Notes: generated from the letters alone by a model not told the origin. Counted from the stretch's first letter, positions 9,681 to 20,523 are shown. The stretch is DNA of 64,000 nucleotides from an uncultured bacterium (GCA_963825135.1 CAWGRW010000009.1:2016001-2080000), one strand, 5' to 3'. Made by a program: numbers and translations.

Positions 9681-10289
9681 ATGCAGGCAGGCAACATTTT
9701 CATAGTATCTGGTCCATCGGGAGGTGGAAAGACCACTCTTGTAAACAAGGTGCTCGAAAATTTGAATAATCTGAGGTTTTCGGTCTCCTGTACGACCCGA
9801 GAGCCGAGAAAAGGCGAAGTTAACGGCAAAGATTATTTTTTTCTTTCCGAGGATGAATTTAACAAGATGGTTGAAGAAGACAAATTCGCCGAATACGCGA
9901 GGGTTCACGACCATATGTACGGCACTCCGCTGGCCGAGCTGGAGAAATCCAAAAGCTCCGGAGTGGACCTCATACTCGATATAGACGTCCAGGGGGCGGA
10001 ACAGATACGGAAGAAGTTGGGCGGCGGGGTTTATTGCTTCGTGCTCCCGTCGTCGTTCGAGGTGTTGAGGGCAAGACTTCTTGAAAGAGGCAGTGAAAAC
10101 ACGGGGGAGATTGAAAAGCGCCTCTCCGATGCCAGGAAGGAGATGGAAGACATAGAGCGCTATGATTATATTATCGTTAACGACAGATTGGACGAAGCAG
10201 CCAAGTGCCTGACCTCAGTCATAATTTCGACAAGGTGCAGAATGGAAAGGGCTATCGGGGCGATTATGAAGGGTTATTCGTCTAAATAA
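9681..10289 (+). CDS. gmk: Guanylate kinase
   Basis: SGPSGGGKTT, SVSCTTREPR.GEVNGKDYFF, LDIDVQG. Confidence 0.96.
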   Translation: MQAGNIFIVSGPSGGGKTTLVNKVLENLNNLRFSVSCTTREPRKGEVNGKDYFFLSEDEFNKMVEEDKFAEYARVHDHMYGTPLAELEKSKSSGVDLILDIDVQGAEQIRKKLGGGVYCFVLPSSFEVLRARLLERGSENTGEIEKRLSDARKEMEDIERYDYIIVNDRLDEAAKCLTSVIISTRCRMERAIGAIMKGYSSK

Positions 10290-10293
10290 TATC

Positions 10294-12456
10294 ATGATCA
10301 GATTAAACGACATCACGGAGCGGGTTAATTCCTATCTTTATTTGACGGACTCAGACGTCGAATTGATAAAGAAGGCATATGTGTATTCCGCCAAGGTCCA
10401 TGCCGGACAGACGCGGAGCTCCGGGGAGCCGTACCTGAGCCACCCGCTTGAGGTTAGCGGCATACTCGCCGAAATGAAGCTCGATATATCCTCCATCGTT
10501 ACGGGGCTCCTCCATGACACGGTCGAGGACACCCTCGCCACGACCGGGGAGATCGACACGCTGTTCGGAAGCGAAATAGCGTTTCTCGTGGAAGGCGTCA
10601 CTAAAATAAGCCAGCTCCCCTATACGACGAAAATCGAGCGCCAGGCCGAGGGCTTCAGAAAACTGATACTCGCGACCGCGAAGGACATAAGGGTGGTGTT
10701 GATCAAACTCGCCGACAGGCTCCATAACATGCGGACGCTGGAGCATCTGCCCGAAAGCAGACAGAAGAGCATCGCGAAAGAGACGTTCGACATCTACGCG
10801 CCCCTTGCCAACAGGCTCGGAATAAACTGGGTCGCCAATGAGCTCGAGGACCTGTCTTTCCGGTTCCTGAACCCTGAAGAATACGAAAGGCTCGCGAACT
10901 TGATAGAGGAAAGGAAGAAGGAATGGGGTAATCACGTAAACGAGATAAAGGAGATAGTCAACAGCAAGCTCGAAGAGTTCGAGATAAACGCCGAAGTCAC
11001 CGGAAGGTTTAAGCATGTTTACGGGATTTACAGAAAGATGCTGTCTCAGAACATAGAGTTCGAGAGCGTATACGATGTCATCGCGTTCAGGATTATTACA
11101 AACTCCCTCAGGGAATGTTATGAAGCCCTGGGCGCGGTTCATTCCGCATGGAAACCGGTGCCCGGCCGGTTTAAGGATTACATTGCGCTCCCCAAGGGCA
11201 ACGGATACCAGTCCCTGCATACGACGGTGATAGGACCCTTCGGAGAGAGGATGGAGATTCAGATCCGGACCCGCGCTATGCACGAAATCGCCGAGTACGG
11301 GGTAGCGTCCCATTGGCAATACAAAGAAGGGAAGCTCGACAGGAGCGGGACGTACGAGATTTATTCCACGCTGCGGCAGCTCCTCGAATGGAAGGACATA
11401 AAGGACCCGACCGAGTATATGGAAGCGATAAAAGGTGAGCTCATTTCAGACGTCGTGTACGTATTTACTCCCCAGGGAGACCTGGTGGAGCTCCCGAGCG
11501 GCGCTACACCCGTGGACTTCGCTTACGCCGTGCATACGGAAGTCGGGAACAAGTGTACGAGAGCGAACGTCAGCGGAAAGCTCGTCCCGCTCAGCCACCA
11601 GCTGAGGACGGGCGATACCGTCGAAATAATAACTTCAAACGAGAAGCATCCCAACCGGGACTGGCTCAAGTTCGTCGTTACATCCCGCGCCAAGACGAAG
11701 ATTCGCTCGTGGCTCCGCAATGAGGAGAGGACTCAGTCGGAGATAGTCGGAAAATCGATTTGCGAGCGCAAATTCAAACAGCACGGACTCGACTTCCAGT
11801 CGATGCTTAAAAACGGGGAGCTCGACAAAGGGTTCTCGGATTTAAAATTCAAGGACGAAAAAGAGCTCTATCTCGCCGTTGGATTCGGCAAGATCTCCGC
11901 AACCGATCTCCTCAAGCGCGTGCTCCCGACGGACAAGATGAGGCCCGGGCCGGAGAAAGAGTCCAGGATTGAGAAAATCATTCAGACGATTACGAGCTCG
12001 AGCGAAGGCGGCGTGCTCATCAGTGGATATAACGACGTCATGATCAGGTTCGCCAACTGCTGCTCTCCGCTGCCCGGGGAACAGATCACCGGGTACATCA
12101 CCAGGGGGAAGGGGATTACGATTCACAAGAGCGACTGTCCCCGCCTTTTGGACGTGGACGATGCGAGACGCATCGACGTCGAATGGGACAGGAATTTCAA
12201 GCCCCAGAGGCCCGCGAGAATAGTGGTCATGTGCGCGGACCGGCCCGGGATGCTTTCCAATATCACGAGCTCGTTTTCGTCATCCGACATTAACATTTCA
12301 AAAGCGGAGATTCATTCGACCGATGTGGACACGGCCGTCGGCACATTCGATGTGGTGGTCAGCGACCTTGAGCAGCTCGAGAGCGTCATGAAGTCCATAA
12401 AGCAGGTGGACGGAGTGAGGTCCGTCGAAAGGATGCTTGAGTGGGAAAGGGTCTAG
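10294..12456 (+). CDS. spoT: Bifunctional (p)ppGpp synthetase/hydrolase
   Basis: HD motif LLHDTVED, IKLADRLHNMRT, YQSLHT, TGS and ACT domains. Confidence 0.95.
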   Translation: MIRLNDITERVNSYLYLTDSDVELIKKAYVYSAKVHAGQTRSSGEPYLSHPLEVSGILAEMKLDISSIVTGLLHDTVEDTLATTGEIDTLFGSEIAFLVEGVTKISQLPYTTKIERQAEGFRKLILATAKDIRVVLIKLADRLHNMRTLEHLPESRQKSIAKETFDIYAPLANRLGINWVANELEDLSFRFLNPEEYERLANLIEERKKEWGNHVNEIKEIVNSKLEEFEINAEVTGRFKHVYGIYRKMLSQNIEFESVYDVIAFRIITNSLRECYEALGAVHSAWKPVPGRFKDYIALPKGNGYQSLHTTVIGPFGERMEIQIRTRAMHEIAEYGVASHWQYKEGKLDRSGTYEIYSTLRQLLEWKDIKDPTEYMEAIKGELISDVVYVFTPQGDLVELPSGATPVDFAYAVHTEVGNKCTRANVSGKLVPLSHQLRTGDTVEIITSNEKHPNRDWLKFVVTSRAKTKIRSWLRNEERTQSEIVGKSICERKFKQHGLDFQSMLKNGELDKGFSDLKFKDEKELYLAVGFGKISATDLLKRVLPTDKMRPGPEKESRIEKIIQTITSSSEGGVLISGYNDVMIRFANCCSPLPGEQITGYITRGKGITIHKSDCPRLLDVDDARRIDVEWDRNFKPQRPARIVVMCADRPGMLSNITSSFSSSDINISKAEIHSTDVDTAVGTFDVVVSDLEQLESVMKSIKQVDGVRSVERMLEWERV

Positions 12457-12511
12457 CCCCGGTATTAAATCCCGGCCGCATACCCCTCCAACCCCTCCCC
12501 GGTTTTGAATA

Positions 12512-12540
12512 TTGAAACAAACCGATTCACCATATATACT
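12512..12540 (+). promoter_or_regulatory. Putative sigma70 promoter for lepB
   Basis: TTGAAA-17-TATACT, 12 nt before ATG 12553. Confidence 0.5.
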
Positions 12541-12552
12541 CAAACGTCAATT

Positions 12553-13488
12553 ATGTTAGGTCCATGGTCAAAAGAAGCAAAGGCGAGGAATAGAGCCAAA
12601 CAGAGTATTTCCCAGACACAGGCCCTCCTAAACAAAAACATCAAAAAAATCAGTCCTGAATCCGCGGCAGTCGTAGGCAATAAGATAATGGTGGCGGAGA
12701 CGGCTCTGGCCGGCGGCAATACCGAAGAGATAGTAAGGAAAACGAGTGACCTCGAAGGGGCTTCGAGAGATTATCTCTCCAAGTTCGCTAAATCGAAGCT
12801 GAGACAGAATGTCGAGGCGCTCGTATTCGCTGTAGCCCTGGCTCTTCTCATTAGGACGTTCGTATTCCAGCCTTTTAAAATCCCGTCCGGCTCCATGATT
12901 CCGACCCTGCTCGTCGGGGACCACCTGCTGGTCAGTAAATTCATTTACGGCACGAAGATTCCTTTCACCGACAAGATTGTACTCCCCATCGAAAATATTA
13001 AGCGCGGCGACGTAATTGTATTCACTTACCCCAATACCGAGCACGACCCGTCGAAAAACGGGATTTTTTACATCAAACGCGTCGTCGGTATCCCGGGGGA
13101 CAGCATAGACCTCGACGGGAGGCAGCTGGTCATTAACGGCCAGAAGGTGCCGCTCGAGTTTACGGGCTCTTATGTGGACGAGAGGAACGGGGAACAGTTC
13201 GATGAATACCGGGAAGACCTTTTCGGCGTCGAACACAGAGTGATTTACAGAAAGGGCAGGGACTCCACCAATAAGGGGAGTTTTATCCCGCTAAGCGTGG
13301 TTCCTGAAGGTTACGTGTTCGTAATGGGCGATAACAGGGACAACAGCCAGGACAGCAGGTACTGGGGTTTTGTGCCAATGGAGAATATCGCCGGCAGGGC
13401 TTTTCTGATACACTGGTCATGGGATTTCGACAACCCGGACATAGAAAACAAGGTAAGATGGAAGAGAATCCTTACGGGTATAGAATAA
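12553..13488 (+). CDS. lepB: Signal peptidase I with N-terminal extension
   Basis: IPSGSMIPTL, YIKRVVG, GDNRDNSQDSRYWGFVP; ATG 12553 preferred over TTG 12505. Confidence 0.94.
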   Translation: MLGPWSKEAKARNRAKQSISQTQALLNKNIKKISPESAAVVGNKIMVAETALAGGNTEEIVRKTSDLEGASRDYLSKFAKSKLRQNVEALVFAVALALLIRTFVFQPFKIPSGSMIPTLLVGDHLLVSKFIYGTKIPFTDKIVLPIENIKRGDVIVFTYPNTEHDPSKNGIFYIKRVVGIPGDSIDLDGRQLVINGQKVPLEFTGSYVDERNGEQFDEYREDLFGVEHRVIYRKGRDSTNKGSFIPLSVVPEGYVFVMGDNRDNSQDSRYWGFVPMENIAGRAFLIHWSWDFDNPDIENKVRWKRILTGIE

Positions 13489-13533
13489 AGTGCCTGTTGG
13501 ATTACTGCCGGGGACTGCAGGAGGTAGGGTGAA

Positions 13534-13884
13534 ATGAAAAGCTTATCTTCGGTTTTCTGGATTGTAATGCTGGCCTTGATATTCTATGTCGGAATCAAAG
13601 TAGTGCCTATTTACTATCGCGGCATATTCGGAATAAGGGGTGTTTGTAAGGAAAACGCCGACGTCTATCACAAATACGGCCGCGGTTACGTGCAGTCGGG
13701 TATCTCCGAGATGCTTGAGAATATAGGGATACCGAAAGATAAGAGCGAATTCACCATAACCCCGGAAGGCGATAAAATCGTTGTCCGGATAAGATACGAG
13801 GACCAGGCGAGTTTCTTCAACAGATATACGAAGGATTTCGAGTTTGATTACAAATGCGATGGAGTGCTGAAGAGCGTCTATTGA
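13534..13884 (+). CDS. Membrane-anchored protein, DUF4845-like
   Basis: N-terminal TM helix followed by KVVPIY; position after lepB resembles DUF4845 genes. Confidence 0.6.
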   Translation: MKSLSSVFWIVMLALIFYVGIKVVPIYYRGIFGIRGVCKENADVYHKYGRGYVQSGISEMLENIGIPKDKSEFTITPEGDKIVVRIRYEDQASFFNRYTKDFEFDYKCDGVLKSVY

Positions 13885-13896
13885 CAGAGAAAAATC

Positions 13897-14436
13897 ATGC
13901 CTAATAAATCAGTCACGGTAATGGATACGGATTCGGTAAACAGGACAATTTCGAGGATCGTCAACCAGATACTCGAGCGGAACAACGGCGCCCGGGATCT
14001 GGCGATAATCGGGATAAGGACAAGGGGTGTTTATATTGCCGAGAGGATTGCCGGCGAGATTGAGAGGCTCGAGGGTGTAAAGCCCCCCCTGGGAACGCTC
14101 GATATAACCCTTTACAGGGACGACTTGAGACACAAGGCCGAATGGCCAAAGGTTAAAAAAACGGAAATCCCCTTCAGCGTGGAGGACAAAAAGGTCATCC
14201 TCGTGGACGATGTGATTTATACCGGCCGCACGACAAGGGCGGCGATCGATGAAATAATGGACTACGGAAGGCCTTCCTCGATTCAGCTTGTCGCGCTTGT
14301 CGACAGGGGACACAGAGAGCTCCCGATACAGGCCGATTACGTGGGCAGCAAGCTCGACACCCTCAGCTCGGAAGAGGTAAAGGTTCATCTAAAGGAAGCC
14401 GACGGAAGGGACGAAGTGATTATAGTACAAGGGTAA
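13897..14436 (+). CDS. pyrR: PyrR / uracil phosphoribosyltransferase
   Basis: GIRTRG, LDITLYRDD, LVDDVIYTGRT, DRGHRELPI. Confidence 0.96.
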   Translation: MPNKSVTVMDTDSVNRTISRIVNQILERNNGARDLAIIGIRTRGVYIAERIAGEIERLEGVKPPLGTLDITLYRDDLRHKAEWPKVKKTEIPFSVEDKKVILVDDVIYTGRTTRAAIDEIMDYGRPSSIQLVALVDRGHRELPIQADYVGSKLDTLSSEEVKVHLKEADGRDEVIIVQG

Positions 14437-14439
14437 AAA

Positions 14440-15369
14440 ATGGCGTTTGAGCGAAAACATATACTGGGGCTGGAAGAGTTGACGGCGGAGGAAATCACCC
14501 TAGTGCTCGACACCGCCGTGTCCATGAAAGAGGTGTCTGAGAGGGACGTGAAGAAGGTCCCTGCCCTAAGGGGCGTCACCGTGTGTAACCTGTTCTTCGA
14601 GCCCAGCACTAGGACAAGGTCGTCTTTCGAGATAGCGGAAAAAAGGCTCAGTGCGGACGTTTTGAACTTCACCACCTCCCAGAGCAGCGTAGTCAAGGGT
14701 GAAAGCCTCCTCGATACGGCCAGGAACCTCGAAGCCATGGGCGCGAGCATGATCGTCATAAGGCACCCGATGTCTGGCGCGCCGTGGCTCCTCGCGAGGG
14801 AGCTCGATTCGTCGATTATAAATGCGGGAGACGGGTCACACGAGCACCCGAGCCAGGCGCTGCTGGACCTGTTCACCATAAGGCAGCTTAAGGGAAAGAT
14901 CGAAGGGCTCAAGGTCGTAATTGTGGGCGATATACTTCACAGCCGGGTGGCGAGGTCCAATATCTGGGGGTTTATGAAACTCGGAGCCGAGGTGCGAGTC
15001 GTAGGGCCTCCGACCCTAGTGCCCAAATATATCGAGGACATCGATGTGAAAGCGTTTTATAGCCTGGATAAGGCGGTGGAGGGCGCGGACGTCGTAATCA
15101 TGCTCCGGATACAGAAAGAGAGGCAGGACTCCGAATACTTCCCGTCGCTTAGGGAATATTCGAGATTTTACGGACTCACCAGGGAAAAATTGACAGGCGC
15201 AGATAAGAACGTGACCGTAATGCATCCGGGTCCCATCAACAGGGGAGTTGAATTGTCTTCCGATATCGCGGACGGACCAGGCTCGGTGATACTCGAGCAG
15301 GTATCTAACGGTATAGCCGTCAGGATGGCGATGTTTTACCTGGTGGCTTCGGCAAGGAGCGGCGGATGA
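14440..15369 (+). CDS. pyrB: Aspartate carbamoyltransferase catalytic subunit
   Basis: [26 protein letters not shown]. Confidence 0.97.
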   Translation: MAFERKHILGLEELTAEEITLVLDTAVSMKEVSERDVKKVPALRGVTVCNLFFEPSTRTRSSFEIAEKRLSADVLNFTTSQSSVVKGESLLDTARNLEAMGASMIVIRHPMSGAPWLLARELDSSIINAGDGSHEHPSQALLDLFTIRQLKGKIEGLKVVIVGDILHSRVARSNIWGFMKLGAEVRVVGPPTLVPKYIEDIDVKAFYSLDKAVEGADVVIMLRIQKERQDSEYFPSLREYSRFYGLTREKLTGADKNVTVMHPGPINRGVELSSDIADGPGSVILEQVSNGIAVRMAMFYLVASARSGG

Positions 15370-16649
15370 GCATGTTGATCAAGGGGGGCAGGATAATGGA
15401 CCCCTCGAGGAATTTTGACAAGGTCGGGAACATTTTCATTGAGAACGGGAATATTAAATCCTTTCCTGACGATACAAAGAAGATAGAAAAGGCCCCTGGG
15501 GTTCGTGTAATCGCCGCCGGAGGAAAAATAGTATCTCCCGGATTCGTCGATATGCACGTACATCTGAGGGAGCCCGGATACGAGCACAAGGAGACTATAC
15601 GCACCGGGTGCGAATCAGCGGCCGCGGGCGGCTTTACCTCGGTCGTCTGTATGCCCAACACAAACCCGATAAACGACAACGCCTCCGTGACCGAATACAT
15701 CATGCTCAAAGCGCGGACGGAGGGGATTGTGAACGTATTCCCCATCGGCGCGATTACCAAGGGGGAGAAGGGAGAGACCCTGGCCCAGATAGGGGAGATG
15801 TACGAAGCCGGGTGCGTGGGGATTTCAGACGACGGTATGCCTGTTATGAATTCCAAAGTCATGCGTCACGCGATGGAATACGTTAAAGCTTTCGGGATTC
15901 CCGTGTTGTCACATGCCGAAGACCACAACCTCTCGGGTCACGGCGTCATGAACGAGGGGCACACGTCTACGCTCCTTGGTCTGAGCGGCATTCCCGCCGC
16001 CTCGGAGGACGTGATGGTATCCCGCGATATAACTCTAGCCGAGCTCACGGGGACGCATCTCCACATATGTCACGTCTCGACGGCCGGAGCCGTCAGGCTT
16101 ATCAGGGCTGCCAAGAAGAGGGGAGTGAACGTGACCGCCGAGGCGACTCCTCATCATTTCACGCTTACGGATAAGGCGGTAGCGGAGTACGATACGAACG
16201 CGAAAATGAACCCGCCGCTCAGGAGCGAAGGCGACAGGGAGGCGGTCAGGGAAGGGCTCAGAGACGGCACCATAGACGCCATAGCTACCGACCACGCCCC
16301 GCACAGCGAGGACGAAAAAATGGTGGAGTTCGATTTGGCCCCCTTCGGCATCGCGGGGCTCGAGACCGCTCTTCCCCTTTCGTTGAAACTGGTGGAAGAC
16401 GGGGTGCTGACGCTCCCTGAAATGATAGGCAAACTGACCTATCTGCCTTCAAGAATAATAAATATCCCCAAGGGGACGCTCAACCCGGGCGATCCGGCCG
16501 ATATCCTGATATTCGATCCCGGGAAAAAGGTCATAATCGACGGGACAAAATTCCGCTCGAAGAGTAAGAATACGCCTTTTCACGGTTGGGAGCTTAAGGG
16601 GGCCGTGTTGTACACTATAGTAAACGGCAACGTCGTATATTCGGTCTAA
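15366..16649 (+). CDS. pyrC: Dihydroorotase
   Basis: [29 protein letters not shown]. Confidence 0.96.
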   Translation: MSMLIKGGRIMDPSRNFDKVGNIFIENGNIKSFPDDTKKIEKAPGVRVIAAGGKIVSPGFVDMHVHLREPGYEHKETIRTGCESAAAGGFTSVVCMPNTNPINDNASVTEYIMLKARTEGIVNVFPIGAITKGEKGETLAQIGEMYEAGCVGISDDGMPVMNSKVMRHAMEYVKAFGIPVLSHAEDHNLSGHGVMNEGHTSTLLGLSGIPAASEDVMVSRDITLAELTGTHLHICHVSTAGAVRLIRAAKKRGVNVTAEATPHHFTLTDKAVAEYDTNAKMNPPLRSEGDREAVREGLRDGTIDAIATDHAPHSEDEKMVEFDLAPFGIAGLETALPLSLKLVEDGVLTLPEMIGKLTYLPSRIINIPKGTLNPGDPADILIFDPGKKVIIDGTKFRSKSKNTPFHGWELKGAVLYTIVNGNVVYSV

Positions 16650-16663
16650 TACGTCTGCAAATT

Positions 16664-17167
16664 CTATTTCTCTAAAAAGCAGACTTCTGGATATTTCTCG
16701 CCGACTGATTTCCAGAACTGAGTGGTGACCTCGTCCAGTTTGTACTTTGGATTTATTTTTACGCTGCCCGTATCCAGATCGATCTCGACCATTGTCTCGT
16801 CCTTGTCCGTGAGGAGCGAGAACTTTCTCGGCCCTATGACCTTGTAGCTCGATACGATCTGCTGCTCGGAGCTGATACTCATGCCTACAGTCGGGTCCAT
16901 GTGTATCTCGGGCTCTTCAGAGTCTACACGCTCGACATATTCCTCCTGTGTCTCCCCTGGCGTGTCTTGCGTCTGTACCGATCTCTTTATCTCATTATCA
17001 TAGGGTTCCGATAATTGCCCCGAGTCGTTTTTCACGTACGGGGTTTTGGTGCTGCAGTCGGACCCGGCGCCGCCAATATTTATGGATACGATTTTATCTG
17101 TGTAAAGGATGTAAGAGGAGGCGCCGAGGAGCGCCGAGAGTATTATGATAACGAAATTTCTAATCAT
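16664..17167 (-). CDS. Hypothetical exported/membrane-anchored protein
   Basis: 167-aa ORF filling the gap between pyrC and the MFS gene, GAGG RBS, hydrophobic N-terminus. Confidence 0.7.
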   Translation of the reverse strand: MIRNFVIIILSALLGASSYILYTDKIVSINIGGAGSDCSTKTPYVKNDSGQLSEPYDNEIKRSVQTQDTPGETQEEYVERVDSEEPEIHMDPTVGMSISSEQQIVSSYKVIGPRKFSLLTDKDETMVEIDLDTGSVKINPKYKLDEVTTQFWKSVGEKYPEVCFLEK

Positions 17168-17289
17168 GGCCTCACCCCGTTAGGTCGAAAAGACGTACTT
17201 CTTATCCCCCGTATAGAAGTATAACCTGATGCTATCGGATATTTCTTGTTAATTTTGTGGTATAAGATAATCTTCGGCCAGGGAATCGT

Positions 17290-18480
17290 ATGAAGATATG
17301 GGTCAAAGGCATAGGAGGCAGCGAAGTCGCGGGCGACAGACCGCTTCTAAACCGGGACTTCGTTCTCATTACTCTGACTTCTTTTATTTTTTTCTTTAAC
17401 TACCACTCTTTCATTTTGCTGCCTCTTCGCATCGAAGAGCTCGGAGGAAGGGAATCGACCATAGGGTTTATTATGGGGTCGGCTTCAATGGCTACTATCC
17501 TTACGACCCCTTCGGTCGGAATCCTCATAGACAAGTGGGGGAAGAAGTGGTTTCTTCTTGCGGGTGGGCTGCTGATGTCTTTGACGTCTCTCCCGTTCGC
17601 GTTCCTGAATTCCCTCAGTATCGCTTTCCCCGCCCTAAGGGTGCTGCACGGGGCCGCGCTCTCCCTTTGTTTCGTATCCGCGGGGACGCTAATTGCGGAC
17701 GTATCCGCTCCCGGCAGAAGGAGCCAGGCCATAGGCATTTTCGGCCTGTTCAGCGTTATCAACTTCGCGCTCGCGCCCTACATCGGGAAAAAGATAGTTG
17801 AGGCGTACGGGTTCGGGGACTTGTTCATATTCGATTTTATTTTCGGGTCTTCCGCGTTTATAGCGGCGCTTTTTATAAGGGAGCCGGAGACGCTCATTCT
17901 TGATGGTATTCCGGGGAGCAGCTACAAGAAGGCTCTTTTCAGAAGAGGCGTATTGATAGCGGCATTCGCCCTAATGGTCGCGGGGACTGGCTTTGTCTCG
18001 GCCATCACTTTCGTTCCCGTATTCGCAAGGCGCATAGGCGTCCACTCGTTCGAGCTCTTTTTTGTGACCTATACGGTTGCCGTGCTTGCGGTGAGGCTCA
18101 TCGGCGGATGGATTCCCGACAAGTTCGGGAAGAAAAGGTCCTCCGTGCCGGCGCTGTTCCTGTTTGCCCTGGGCATATCGGCGATAGGATTTGCAACCGG
18201 GTCCGCGGGTCTGATACTGGCGGGGGTCTTATTCGGGCTCGGTCACGGGCTATTTTATCCCGCGATCTACGCCCTCGTCATAGACCTTTCGCCCGAGGCC
18301 GACAGGGGGAAGGCGGTCTCCATTTGCAGCGTCGCCTTTACGTTCGGCGGGATGCTCGGCGTATTTCTTTACGGAGTGGTCGCGGAGACCTGGGGGTTCC
18401 GCCTGATGTTCGAGGTAGCGGGCGCAGTGTGCATTGCGGGCTTCATATTTTTCGCCCTGTATGGAAAAGAGTCGGAATGA
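17290..18480 (+). CDS. MFS transporter
   Basis: ~12 hydrophobic segments; MFS motif A variants GILIDKWGKK and GWIPDKFGKK. Confidence 0.92.
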   Translation: MKIWVKGIGGSEVAGDRPLLNRDFVLITLTSFIFFFNYHSFILLPLRIEELGGRESTIGFIMGSASMATILTTPSVGILIDKWGKKWFLLAGGLLMSLTSLPFAFLNSLSIAFPALRVLHGAALSLCFVSAGTLIADVSAPGRRSQAIGIFGLFSVINFALAPYIGKKIVEAYGFGDLFIFDFIFGSSAFIAALFIREPETLILDGIPGSSYKKALFRRGVLIAAFALMVAGTGFVSAITFVPVFARRIGVHSFELFFVTYTVAVLAVRLIGGWIPDKFGKKRSSVPALFLFALGISAIGFATGSAGLILAGVLFGLGHGLFYPAIYALVIDLSPEADRGKAVSICSVAFTFGGMLGVFLYGVVAETWGFRLMFEVAGAVCIAGFIFFALYGKESE

Positions 18481-18554
18481 GGCGGGCGCCGCGACGGGGG
18501 CGGGAATAGACCCGGGTCGGGTAAGATATACCGATATCGCGACGGAGGCACAGG

Positions 18555-18959
18555 ATGACTGAGGAAATGGATATGAAAAAGGAGTTCCCCCTCGTACCGT
18601 TCTGGGAATTTCTGGGAATCGAAATCGTGGAGATGCGTCCCGGGTATGGCAAACTCATCATACGCGCCAATGAGAATCTGACCAATCCGTACGGATATAT
18701 CCACGGCGGGGTTTTATCCACTCTCGCCGACTCCGCGGCCGCCGTCGCAATCGCTGGGATGGTTCGGAACAAGGGAAAAAAGTTCATGACGGTCGAGATG
18801 AATATAAGCTATATAAACCCCGTTACCGGGGGCGTTATAGAGGCCCATGCCAAGGCCCTCAGGGAGGGCAGAATAGTTCCGGCCGAGGTCGATATAATTA
18901 ATGAAAATAAACTTGTTGCCAAGGCTATAGCCACGTATATTATTGTTGACGATAAGTAA
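18555..18959 (+). CDS. PaaI-family thioesterase
   Basis: NPYGYIHGGVLSTLAD hotdog motif. Confidence 0.9.
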   Translation: MTEEMDMKKEFPLVPFWEFLGIEIVEMRPGYGKLIIRANENLTNPYGYIHGGVLSTLADSAAAVAIAGMVRNKGKKFMTVEMNISYINPVTGGVIEAHAKALREGRIVPAEVDIINENKLVAKAIATYIIVDDK

Positions 18960-19059
18960 GAAGGATTGGACAATTCCCCGGACCTTATTCCGTATTCATA
19001 TTACAAATGTATCGGCTTGACGATAACCTCCTTTTGGGGTAGAACCTATAACTTTAAAT

Positions 19060-20523
19060 ATGGACAACGAACAGTCTGACCAGAGAAAAGAAAAGCTTAA
19101 TGAATTAAGAACCTTAGGCGTAAACCCATATGCGAACGGCTATAAGCCGGACAGCCTCGCGGCAGAGCTGTTATCGAAATTCGGAGAAACCCCCGCAAAC
19201 GAGCTTGAAAGCCCGGACGAGGACTACTCCCTTGCCGGCAGGGTGGTGGCGCTCAGGGATTTCGGCAAGAGCGTCTTTTTTCACATCCTGGACAGGTCCG
19301 GAAAGATACAGGGTTACATGAAGACCGATATAATCGGCGAAGACGGGCTCAAATTTTTTAAGAGGTATGTGGACCTGGGTGACTTTATAGGCATCGCGGG
19401 AAACCTGTTCAAGACGAGGACCGGGGAGCTCACCGTCAATGTCAAGGATTTTAAGTTTCTCACAAAATCCCTTCACCCGCTTCCCGAGAAGTGGCACGGG
19501 CTTAAGGATGTTGAAGTCAGATACCGACAGCGTTATCTCGACCTCATCTCGAACCCGGAAATCAAGGAAATTTTTCTTACAAGAAGCAAAATTATTAAAC
19601 TCATGAGAAAGTTCCTCGACGAGAGGGATTTCATCGAGGTTGAGACCCCCATTCTGCACCCGATTGCGGGAGGGGCCGCCGCCCGCCCTTTCGAGACACA
19701 CCACAATGCGCTGGATATGGATTTGTTCCTGAGGATAGCCCCCGAGCTCTATCTTAAAAGGCTTGTAATAGGCGGGCTTGAAAGGGTGTACGAGATAGGC
19801 CGGACTTTCAGGAACGAAGGCGTTTCTACGCAGCACAACCCGGAGTTCACGATGATCGAGCTCTACCAGGCGTACGCCACGTACGAGGACCTCATGGACA
19901 TGATCGAGGAGCTGGTCTGCCATTTGGCCATGGAGGTCAAAGGCTCTCTGGTCTTCGAGTACGGCGGCGCGGAGATAAACATGACCCGTCCCTGGAAGAG
20001 ACTGAATATCCTGGCGTCTCTCGGAGAGGCCCTCGGAAAAGAAGTCCTTGCCGATGACGAGAAGCTTTTTCAAAAGGCTCACTCCCTCGGGGTGGACCAT
20101 AAGGGCATCAGGGGCAAGGCTATCGTGGAATCCTTTGAGATATTAAAGGGCGAGGAGCTGATGAACCCCGCATTTGTATACGGTTTTCCGCTCGACGTGT
20201 CTCCTCTCGCGAGAAAGAACGAATATGACCCCGATATCACAGACAGATTCGAGCTGTACATAGTCGGAAGGGAAATCGCCAACGCCTTCTCCGAGCTGAA
20301 CGATCCAATAGATCAGAAAGAACGATTCCGGGGCCAGCTCGACCTCAAATTAAAGGGAGAAGAAGAAGTGCATGAAATGGACGAGGATTTTGTCACAGCT
20401 CTTGAGCACGGGATGCCCCCGACGGCGGGCGCGGGCATAGGCATAGACCGCCTTGTCATGCTTTTCACAAACTCACCTTCCATAAGGGAAGTAATTTTCT
20501 TCCCCCATCTAAGGCCGGAATGA
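19060..20523 (+). CDS. lysS: Lysine--tRNA ligase (class II)
   Basis: YRQRYLDL, LRIAPELYLKRL, HNPEFT, GMPPTAGAGIGIDR. Confidence 0.97.
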   Translation: MDNEQSDQRKEKLNELRTLGVNPYANGYKPDSLAAELLSKFGETPANELESPDEDYSLAGRVVALRDFGKSVFFHILDRSGKIQGYMKTDIIGEDGLKFFKRYVDLGDFIGIAGNLFKTRTGELTVNVKDFKFLTKSLHPLPEKWHGLKDVEVRYRQRYLDLISNPEIKEIFLTRSKIIKLMRKFLDERDFIEVETPILHPIAGGAAARPFETHHNALDMDLFLRIAPELYLKRLVIGGLERVYEIGRTFRNEGVSTQHNPEFTMIELYQAYATYEDLMDMIEELVCHLAMEVKGSLVFEYGGAEINMTRPWKRLNILASLGEALGKEVLADDEKLFQKAHSLGVDHKGIRGKAIVESFEILKGEELMNPAFVYGFPLDVSPLARKNEYDPDITDRFELYIVGREIANAFSELNDPIDQKERFRGQLDLKLKGEEEVHEMDEDFVTALEHGMPPTAGAGIGIDRLVMLFTNSPSIREVIFFPHLRPE

